Source: an uncultured Gemmatimonadales bacterium (GTDB lineage: Bacteria; Gemmatimonadota; Gemmatimonadetes; Gemmatimonadales; GWC2-71-9). From it: a DNA stretch of 64,000 nt. A program made the translations under genes and the position numbers. Below the pieces are notes generated by a model. That model was not told the origin of the DNA, ran no database searches, and was given only the letters and a program-made list of their open reading frames with translations. Location: positions 416,001 through 480,000 of the forward strand of contig CAWCFX010000001.1 in NCBI GenBank assembly GCA_963795085.1, given 5' to 3'. Within the stretch, counting starts at the first letter, position 1. Each line of letters opens with the position of its first letter. This document shows positions 57,285 through 64,000 of the stretch, in pieces.

Positions 57285-57965
57285 ATGCTGATCAATGTCG
57301 TTACGCTGTTTCCCGAGGTGTTCGGCCCCTTCCTGGCCACCAGCATCCCGGGGCGGGCGGCGGAAAAGGTCCGGGTGAGTTACCGGGTGGTGCAGCTCCG
57401 GGACTTTACCCACGACAAGCACCACACCGCCGATGACTATGCCTACGGCGGCGGGGCCGGGATGGTGCTCAAGCCGGAGCCCTTTTTCGAGGCGGTGGAG
57501 TCGCTGGCCCCGGCGGGACCGGTGCTCCTGATGTCGGCCCGGGGCCGCCGGTTCGGGCACGACGACGCGGTGCGGCTCTCGCTCCAGACCGAAGTGACCA
57601 TTCTCTGCGGCCACTACAAGGACGTGGACCAGCGGGTGGCCGAGGGGCTGGCGACCGAGGAGCTCTCGGTGGGGGACATGGTTCTCTCCGGCGGCGAACC
57701 GGCAGCCATGTGCGTGATCGACGCCATCGTGCGGCTGCTCCCCGGAGTTCTGGGCGACCACGAGTCGGCGAGCGGAGACTCGCACTACGACGGGCTGCTG
57801 AGCCCGCCCAGTTATACCCGGCCTGCGGAGTATCGCGGAATGCCGGTGCCCGAGGTACTGTTATCAGGTAACCATGCCCGGATCGAGGCATGGAAGCAGG
57901 ACCAGGCGGAACGGCTGACCCGGGAGCGCCGGCCGGATCTCTGGGAGCGGCACCGCCGCGATTGA
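57285..57965 (+). CDS. trmD: tRNA (guanine37-N1)-methyltransferase
   Basis: TLFPE, DD..YGGG.GMV, S.GD.VLSGGE, YTRP, VL.SGNH. Confidence 0.96.
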   Translation: MLINVVTLFPEVFGPFLATSIPGRAAEKVRVSYRVVQLRDFTHDKHHTADDYAYGGGAGMVLKPEPFFEAVESLAPAGPVLLMSARGRRFGHDDAVRLSLQTEVTILCGHYKDVDQRVAEGLATEELSVGDMVLSGGEPAAMCVIDAIVRLLPGVLGDHESASGDSHYDGLLSPPSYTRPAEYRGMPVPEVLLSGNHARIEAWKQDQAERLTRERRPDLWERHRRD

Positions 57966-58035
57966 GTGCGGCATCACTATGTTTGACAGGGCCGCCGAAG
58001 GCGGGCCCGCTAATTTCCGCAACGAGGATCGAGCA

Positions 58036-58383
58036 ATGCAGCGTGTAGCCGATGTCGCCCGGGAGGGCTTGAGAACGGACATTCCCGCGTTCAATGCCGG
58101 GGACACCGTGAAGGTCATGGTGCGGGTCCGTGAGGGTGACAAGGAGCGCCTCCAGGCGTTCGAAGGGCTCTGCATTGCCAAGCGGGGCGGGGGCATCAGC
58201 GAGTCCTTCACGGTCCGGAAGGTTTCGGCCGGCGTTGGCGTGGAGCGGATCTTTCCGCTGCACAGCCCGTCCATCGCCTCGCTCGAGGTGGTGCGGCGGG
58301 GCCGGGTCCGCCGGGCCAAGCTGTATTACCTGCGCGCGGTGAGCGGCAAAGCCGGGCGCATCAAGGAGAAGCGAGAGAACTGA
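58036..58383 (+). CDS. rplS: 50S ribosomal protein L19
   Basis: [33 protein letters not shown]. Confidence 0.98.
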   Translation: MQRVADVAREGLRTDIPAFNAGDTVKVMVRVREGDKERLQAFEGLCIAKRGGGISESFTVRKVSAGVGVERIFPLHSPSIASLEVVRRGRVRRAKLYYLRAVSGKAGRIKEKREN

Positions 58384-58386
58384 CGC

Positions 58387-59070
58387 ATGGCGTCGCCATG
58401 CCCTTCGCTCTCCCGCGAAGCGGCGGTCTGGGCGGCGGCACGGCTACTGGTCGGTGTCGATGAAGTCGGCCGCGGTCCCCTGGCTGGTCCAGTGGTGGCC
58501 GCGGCCGTCATTTTCCCCCCCCGGGTCAAACGCCTCAACGGGCTCCGTGACAGCAAAGTGCTGCCGGCCCGGAAACGGGAAAAACTGGCGGCCAAGGTCC
58601 GGGAGCGTGCGCTCTGTTTCGCGGTCGGCGCCGCGTCGGCACGGGAGATCGACCGATTCAATATCCGGGTGGCCAGCGCCATCGCGATGCGGCGGGCCAT
58701 CCGGCGGGTCATGAGGATGCTGAGCCAGGCCCATCCGGGCTGCTGGGAAGCCGAGTCCCTGCATATTCTCATTGACGGACTGCCCCTGCCGGAACTGGGG
58801 TACCGGCACGAAGCCCTGGTGGACGGCGACGCCCATTGCGCCTCCATCGCTGCCGCTGCTTGTGTCGCCAAGACCGTGCGCGACGAACTGATGTGCCGGC
58901 TGGCCCGCCGCCACCCCGGGTACGGATGGGAAACCAACGCCGGCTACGCGACCGATCACCACTGCAAGGCACTGGACCGGATGGGCCCTACACGGCACCA
59001 CCGCATGACCTTCGAGCCCATCGCCCAGCTTAAGCTTTTCGTTGATGGCGGCGTCCTGCCGGCATATTAG
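58387..59070 (+). CDS. rnhB: Ribonuclease HII
   Basis: GVDEVGRGPLAGPV, DSK, DG, GD....SIAAA..AK..RD. Confidence 0.96.
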   Translation: MASPCPSLSREAAVWAAARLLVGVDEVGRGPLAGPVVAAAVIFPPRVKRLNGLRDSKVLPARKREKLAAKVRERALCFAVGAASAREIDRFNIRVASAIAMRRAIRRVMRMLSQAHPGCWEAESLHILIDGLPLPELGYRHEALVDGDAHCASIAAAACVAKTVRDELMCRLARRHPGYGWETNAGYATDHHCKALDRMGPTRHHRMTFEPIAQLKLFVDGGVLPAY

Positions 59071-59073
59071 ATT

Positions 59074-59150
59074 CACGCTGCACGCTGCACGCTGCACGCT
59101 GCACGCTGCACGCTGCACGCTGCACGCTGCACGCTGCACACTGCACGCTG
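59074..59150. repeat. Heptamer tandem repeat (CACGCTG) x11
   Basis: Eleven copies with one mismatch. Reverse complement of the unit at 12989-13120. Confidence 0.97.
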
Positions 59151-59155
59151 TTTTC

Positions 59156-59228
59156 GCGCCTGTAGCTCAATTGGTAGAGCAAGCGGCTTTTAACCGCTAG
59201 GTCGTGGGTTCGATTCCCACCGGGCGCA
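59156..59228 (+). tRNA. tRNA-Lys (anticodon TTT), no encoded CCA
   Basis: GCGCCTGTAGCTCAATTGGTAGAGC...AGCGG-CTTTTAA-CCGCT...GGTTCGATTCC...CGGGCGCA, 73 nt. Confidence 0.97.
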
Positions 59229-59310
59229 TTCTCTGCAGCCATCCAGCCATCCAGCCTCCCGGCCTTCCTGACGCCCCCGCGCCACAACAAGCATTGTTTT
59301 GCAGCCTTGG

Positions 59311-59397
59311 TGTCGGGATTTAGCACAGTTGTAAAGCCATACACCCCAATCTGATAGCCGAATGACTGCCAAGTTCTTTGGTGGCGCGGTCCCTGCA
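59311..59397 (+). promoter_or_regulatory. Candidate enhancer plus sigma54 promoter for the PEP-CTERM gene
   Basis: TGT-N11-ACA at 59311-59327 and TGGCGCGGTCCCTGCA (GG-N10-GC) at 59382-59397. Confidence 0.65.
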
Positions 59398-59455
59398 CTG
59401 GAATCCGGCATCTCGAGCCATGTCCACTGTCCTGTGCCCCGGAGAAGGGTGACTT

Positions 59456-60214
59456 ATGCGTAAGCTTGGATCGGTCCTGACGATGGTCGGGATTTTCGCC
59501 ATAGCCGGCACCAGCTCGGCATGGGCCAACGGATTCCAGTCCTACCGGCTCTGCGGCGGCAACAACTTCGGCACCTGCGCGGCCGTCGAGATCTCGGTGG
59601 TGGGGAACAACGTGTCCATGCGGGTGTGGAACCTCTCCCAGAACCTGGGCGCTACCTACGGCCAGGCGAAGGGAGCCTTCGGCGGAAGCATCCTGGATGG
59701 CATCGCCTTCTTCAACCTTCCGGCGGGCGTCCAGGTCAATACCGGCTCGCTGTCGGTCTCCGGACCCGGTGCCAGCGCCAACCACGGCTGGGCGCTCAAG
59801 AATTACGGCTCGGCGAATGCCTTTGCGGTGGATGCGAGAAATGGCCCGAACCACGCGCTGACCGGCGGCATCGGCAGCGGCTGCGCCGGCGTCAACCAGC
59901 TGACCAACGCACCCACCAATCTCATGGTGAATCCGTGCTCCAGCCTGAGCGGGCCCGGCAACTGGGTCACGTTCAATTTCCAGGTAGTCGGGAACTGGAA
60001 CCCGGGAGGTTCGGACCTGAGCATCCGGTCTTACAATCAGATGACGGGACAGAGCAGCGAGTTCTGGACCGGCGTGGGCCCCAACGGTAACGCCTCGGTG
60101 GCGGTCACCGTCACCCCCGAGCCAGTCACCATGACCCTGCTTGCCACCGGCCTGGCGGGCATGGGCGGCGCGGGACTGGTTCGCCGACGGAGAGAAAAGG
60201 GGGCCAGAGGGTAA
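59456..60214 (+). CDS. PEP-CTERM sorting-signal protein
   Basis: Signal peptide, Gly/Asn/Ser-rich body, C-terminal VTPEP followed by a TM helix and RRRR. Confidence 0.92.
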   Translation: MRKLGSVLTMVGIFAIAGTSSAWANGFQSYRLCGGNNFGTCAAVEISVVGNNVSMRVWNLSQNLGATYGQAKGAFGGSILDGIAFFNLPAGVQVNTGSLSVSGPGASANHGWALKNYGSANAFAVDARNGPNHALTGGIGSGCAGVNQLTNAPTNLMVNPCSSLSGPGNWVTFNFQVVGNWNPGGSDLSIRSYNQMTGQSSEFWTGVGPNGNASVAVTVTPEPVTMTLLATGLAGMGGAGLVRRRREKGARG

Positions 60215-60359
60215 GGGGGCCAGAGGGTAAGGGGGCCAGAGGGTAAAGGGGGTCAGGGTCAGTAAAGGGGGTCAGGGGGCAAGCAAGAGGGCAGCGACCG
60301 AACCGTCGCTGCCCTCTTGCTCGCTCCTACCCCCTGGCCCCCTGACCCTCTTGCCCCCT
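60199..60359. repeat. G-rich and C-rich octamer arms around a 17-bp perfect hairpin (probable bidirectional terminator)
   Basis: (GGGGGCCAGAGGGTAA)x3, then stem AGCAAGAGGGCAGCGAC / GTCGCTGCCCTCTTGCT at 60282-60321, then C-rich octamers. Lies between convergent genes. Confidence 0.85.
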
Positions 60360-60362
60360 TGT

Positions 60363-61520
60363 CTACGGCACCACCGTAAACATCGCCGATTGGAGCTGGA
60401 CTGTAGGGTACCCGGCGAGCGATGCGGTGGCGAGGAGGGCATAAGTACCCGGCGCGCTGACTCGCAGGCTGGGAAAGGTCTCGAAGCCGCTGGTCCCGGT
60501 GGACTTGGTCGTGCCGCCCGAGAGATTGCCGGTCCCGCTGATCTGGATCAGCGTGATGGTGAGCGCGACCTCGGGGAGGGGGGTGCCGCCGGCCCCTTGG
60601 GCAAACAGCCGGACTCCGGGCGTCATCGGCATGCCCGCCTGGACCGTCGAAGGCTGGCCCGCGTAGCTCAGGTTGATGCCAAGGGCGTCCACCGGCCCGA
60701 AGTCGCTGAAGCCGGTAGCGGAACCCCCGACCGGGCCCGCGGCGTTGATCCCTGGCTGCCGGGCCGCCGCGATGTTGGGACAGGTGAGGAAGAAGCTCGG
60801 GTCGCGGAGCGCCAGGATGGTGTGGACGCTGCCACCGAGGACGCGTTCCAGGCGGAGTTGCCCGGGGTTCTCGACACAAAGGCCCATGATGGCCCCGTGG
60901 TTGATCGCGGGGAGGGCCGGCAGGCTCGACCACTGGTAGGCGATATCTACCACGCTCTCGTTGAAGATCGCACCGGCCACTGGGGCGCCATGGATGAGGG
61001 CGCGCTGGCCCAGCACGTTGGGCCAGGTAGTCTCCGACAGGACGCCGATCCCCGCATACTGGTCTCGGGAGAGGATCGGTCCGGCCGGGTCTGCGGGGCC
61101 GCCCCGCACGGCGAAGCCGCCGGCGGTCAGGGCCGCCCGGAAGTCGATCGGCAGGACGATGGTGCCGACGTTCATGCAGGCCAGCGTCGCGCTGGCCAGC
61201 GTGGAGCCATCCTGCGGGGTTCCGGCCGGCCCCTGGTTGGCGGCAGCTTCGATCAGGGCCAGGATGTCGAAGCCCTTATCCGTGGCGGCGGCGCTGCCCG
61301 CCTTGACCAGGCTGTCGAGTTCGGCTACGAGAATTCTCGCCGTGGCGTGCTGGGAGGCCGGGAGGTAGCGCCGGGCCAGGTCAGAAAGGCGGAAGGCCTG
61401 GCACTGGGCCTGGGTTGTGGCCGCGCTCAGGGGGCCGGTAGGCTCCTGGCCCGGCCGGTCGGAACAGGCCAGCGCTCCAAGGGCCAGCACCATGGTGATA
61501 GATGTTCTGATCTGCCGCAT
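60363..61520 (-). CDS. Hypothetical lipoprotein with a probable C-terminal Ig-like domain
   Basis: SD AGGAG, lipobox ALAC, terminal QP..V...T...G...F..L.V..PG.Y.L.A pattern. Confidence 0.75.
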   Translation of the reverse strand: MRQIRTSITMVLALGALACSDRPGQEPTGPLSAATTQAQCQAFRLSDLARRYLPASQHATARILVAELDSLVKAGSAAATDKGFDILALIEAAANQGPAGTPQDGSTLASATLACMNVGTIVLPIDFRAALTAGGFAVRGGPADPAGPILSRDQYAGIGVLSETTWPNVLGQRALIHGAPVAGAIFNESVVDIAYQWSSLPALPAINHGAIMGLCVENPGQLRLERVLGGSVHTILALRDPSFFLTCPNIAAARQPGINAAGPVGGSATGFSDFGPVDALGINLSYAGQPSTVQAGMPMTPGVRLFAQGAGGTPLPEVALTITLIQISGTGNLSGGTTKSTGTSGFETFPSLRVSAPGTYALLATASLAGYPTVQLQSAMFTVVP

Positions 61521-61532
61521 TTTGAACTCCTG

Positions 61533-64000
61533 TCAGTTGCCGCTGCCAATCATGGATCGGTAGCGAGGATCGGTCCGGAGGTCCCTGAAATACCACGAGT
61601 CGTCCCGTGCCAGCGACGCTCGCATCTGGGGATTGGTGGCGAGGTATACGCTGAGCAAGCGGATCGCCTGGTCCCGGTCGTTCAGCATAGTTTGCACGAT
61701 TGCCTCGTAAAGCGATAGATCCCGGGTTTCGTCCACCGCGGTGCCCGTCCGGGCACCCAGCGCAACCCGGCGGGCGCTGTCGGCGAGGCCGGCGCGGGCC
61801 AGCCCCATCGCGAGAATCATGGTGCCCCGCCGGGTGGCCAGGTCGCGACGAGTTGCCGGGGTGAGCTCCTGGAATCGCCGGAGGGTCTCCCAGGTACCCG
61901 GAATGCCCGCCCGGGTTCCGGATAGTGCCGCCAGCCAGAGTTTGCACTCCGTAAACCGCGGGTCGGTGGGAAACCGGCGAAATCCCTCCTCGCACCAATG
62001 GGTGCTTTCCACCCGGTCTTCCAGGTCCAGCGAGCTCTGGAACAGGCGCCATATGGTGGCATCGGCCGTGGTCAGGAAAGGATCGGCTTCATAGGCCTTG
62101 AGCGCGGCCAGCTTGCCGAGCGCGTTCTCCGAGGCCCCCATGCGCAGGTGGCTCAGCGTGCTCCATGCACTGGCTTGCTGTGGATTGGCGGTGACCGCCG
62201 CCTCAAGGTCGCGCTGGGCGCCCTGGTGAAGCTGGGCAGCCCGGGCCTGGTTCGGCTCCAGGTTGAGGAGCCAGGTCAGGTAGCCCGCGGTGCCGCGCAA
62301 CTCCAGGGCATCGGCATCGTCCCCACGGAGCACCAGGCCCTGCTCCGCGTGCCCGGTCGCCTCTGCCAGCCAGCGGGGCATGTCCTCGCGTTTGACGCCG
62401 GGCAGCCGCGCCTGGCGGTAGGCGATCCAGCCCCGCCGCACCACCGGGCGGCTCCAGTCGTCGTCCAGGTCCGCTGCCCGGGCGGCCAGCGCATCCGCCT
62501 CGGCAAGCTTGGCGCTGGCGGCCGCGATATCGCCGGCACCCTGGAGGACGGTCGCATCGTCTTCCAGTTCCTGCGCCCGCTGGAGCGTCTCCCACGCCTG
62601 GGCGTTGCCGGTCTCGCCTCGCCGCTGGCTCAGCTGGATCTCCTTCCCCAGCCGGCGCCGGAGAAAGGTGCTGACCTGCTCGGTGATGTCCCCCTGGAGA
62701 TCGAGGACCTCGGTCCGGGGCCGCTCCAGCCGGGTGCTGGCGATCTCGTCGCCGGAAATCGCGTTGATCAGCGAGACGGTCACCCGGACCATCTCGCCCC
62801 GGGCCTCCACCGTGCCATCCACCAGGGTTCCCACATTGAGCGCCCGGGCGATGCTGTCGGGGGATACCGGCTGGTCCCGGTAGGGCTGGACGCCGTTCCG
62901 GGAAATGACCTTGAGCGCGGGGATGGCGCTCAGATCATGGATCAGCGCATCGGTGAACCCATCAGCCACGTGGCGCAGTTCGCCCCCGGAGCGGTCGTCG
63001 AAATAGAGCACCGCCACCCGGGAGGCCCCGGCGTCCGCGGCGGCCCCGGCGGCGTTCCCTTTCCGGGCGACCAGCACCCATCCTCCAATCAACACTAGCG
63101 GAATCCCGGCGGCGACGACCCACCTGTATTTCTTCCAGGAACTGCCCCGCGCCGCCGCGAACCGGCCGGTCCGCCCGGTGCGGACCCGGGAGAGGCGCGG
63201 ACTGGAGATTTCCATCGTACTGCCGCTCAAAGCCCGGGAGAACTGCGACGCCGTCGGGAAGCGGTCGGCGGGGACCTTCTCCATGGCCCGGAGAATGGCG
63301 TCCTCCAGGTCGTCCGGGATACTCTGGCGCATGATCTGGAGGCTGGGCACCTGCTCCATCGAATGCTGCGCCATGATGGACCGTGCGGAGGGGCCGGTGA
63401 AAGGTGGCCGTCCGGAGAGCATCTCGTAGAGTACGCAGGCAAGGCTGTAGATGTCGCTGCGGCCATCCACCGCCGAATCGCCCACCGCCTGCTCCGGGCT
63501 CATGTAGGCCGGGGTGCCGATCGCCATGCCGGTCTGGGTCAGCTTCTCGCCGGCCTCGCTCGCGGCCCGGGCAATGCCGAAGTCGGCCACGACCGCGTGG
63601 CCGCCGGAGAGGAGGATGTTCTCGGGCTTGATATCCCGGTGCACCACGCCCCGGCTGTGGGCGAATGCCAGGGCGTCGGCCACTTCCAGGGTGATCCGGA
63701 CCGCCTCCTCGATGGGCAGCTGGGTTTCCCGGTTGAGCTGGTCGCGGAGCGATTCGCCCTCCACGAACGGCATCACGAAATAGAGAAGGCCGCCGACATC
63801 GCCCGAATCATAGACGCCGAGGATGTGGGGGTGCTGCAGGCCGGCGGCGAGCCGGATTTCACGGAGGAAGCGTTCCGACCCCATCGTGGAACTCATGGCG
63901 GGGTCGAGCACCTTGATCGCCACCATCCGGTCATGGCGGAGGTCGCGGGCCAGGTAGACGGTCGCCATCCCCCCTCGCCCCAGTTCCCGTTCGACGAGGT
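61533..64000 (-). CDS. Ser/Thr kinase with TM, TolB-N-like and TPR-like domains; start lies outside the window
   Basis: Frame is open to the edge (LVERELGRGGMATVYLA). HRDIKPEN, DFG, GTPAYMSPEQ, VAVLYF, helical C-terminal region. Confidence 0.93.
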   Translation of the reverse strand, partial: LVERELGRGGMATVYLARDLRHDRMVAIKVLDPAMSSTMGSERFLREIRLAAGLQHPHILGVYDSGDVGGLLYFVMPFVEGESLRDQLNRETQLPIEEAVRITLEVADALAFAHSRGVVHRDIKPENILLSGGHAVVADFGIARAASEAGEKLTQTGMAIGTPAYMSPEQAVGDSAVDGRSDIYSLACVLYEMLSGRPPFTGPSARSIMAQHSMEQVPSLQIMRQSIPDDLEDAILRAMEKVPADRFPTASQFSRALSGSTMEISSPRLSRVRTGRTGRFAAARGSSWKKYRWVVAAGIPLVLIGGWVLVARKGNAAGAAADAGASRVAVLYFDDRSGGELRHVADGFTDALIHDLSAIPALKVISRNGVQPYRDQPVSPDSIARALNVGTLVDGTVEARGEMVRVTVSLINAISGDEIASTRLERPRTEVLDLQGDITEQVSTFLRRRLGKEIQLSQRRGETGNAQAWETLQRAQELEDDATVLQGAGDIAAASAKLAEADALAARAADLDDDWSRPVVRRGWIAYRQARLPGVKREDMPRWLAEATGHAEQGLVLRGDDADALELRGTAGYLTWLLNLEPNQARAAQLHQGAQRDLEAAVTANPQQASAWSTLSHLRMGASENALGKLAALKAYEADPFLTTADATIWRLFQSSLDLEDRVESTHWCEEGFRRFPTDPRFTECKLWLAALSGTRAGIPGTWETLRRFQELTPATRRDLATRRGTMILAMGLARAGLADSARRVALGARTGTAVDETRDLSLYEAIVQTMLNDRDQAIRLLSVYLATNPQMRASLARDDSWYFRDLRTDPRYRSMIGSGN

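Overview
High-GC bacterial chromosome segment, probably Gemmatimonadota (inferred from gene repertoire and codon style, not verified). Most of it is core or metabolic DNA. It holds a glucan-utilisation end (six-hairpin glycosidase, GH1, MalK-type ATPase), hutUI, nfo, degP, an orphan dnaK, a small general-stress cluster, deoC plus a duplicated-domain ALDH, a Pho locus (arsR-phoB-phoR, phosphate porin, pstCABB-phoU-ppx, with no pstS), a nucleoside salvage operon with two +1 frameshifts, the ffh-rpsP-rimM-trmD-rplS-rnhB cluster, tRNA-Leu(TAG), tRNA-Lys(TTT), a PEP-CTERM gene and two Ser/Thr kinases. The main accessory feature is a ~6 kb lower-GC island (4852-10802) flanked by a perfect 42-bp direct repeat. 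That repeat is the 5' half of tRNA-Leu and ends exactly at the anticodon loop, so the island appears to have replaced the tRNA's 5' half and promoter instead of the usual 3' end. Its cargo is an AraC-like regulator, two lipoproteins and a TonB-dependent receptor, set between remnants of two different IS3-family elements, and no integrase is visible. Just outside it lies a non-coding 43-bp palindromic tandem array with combinatorially shuffled variants. The intergenic DNA carries two families of long palindromic repeats and many 7/8-mer microsatellites that follow a strand-polarity rule. Candidate Pho boxes, sigma54, ECF and leaderless promoters are also visible. All calls come from reading the sequence; no searches were run.
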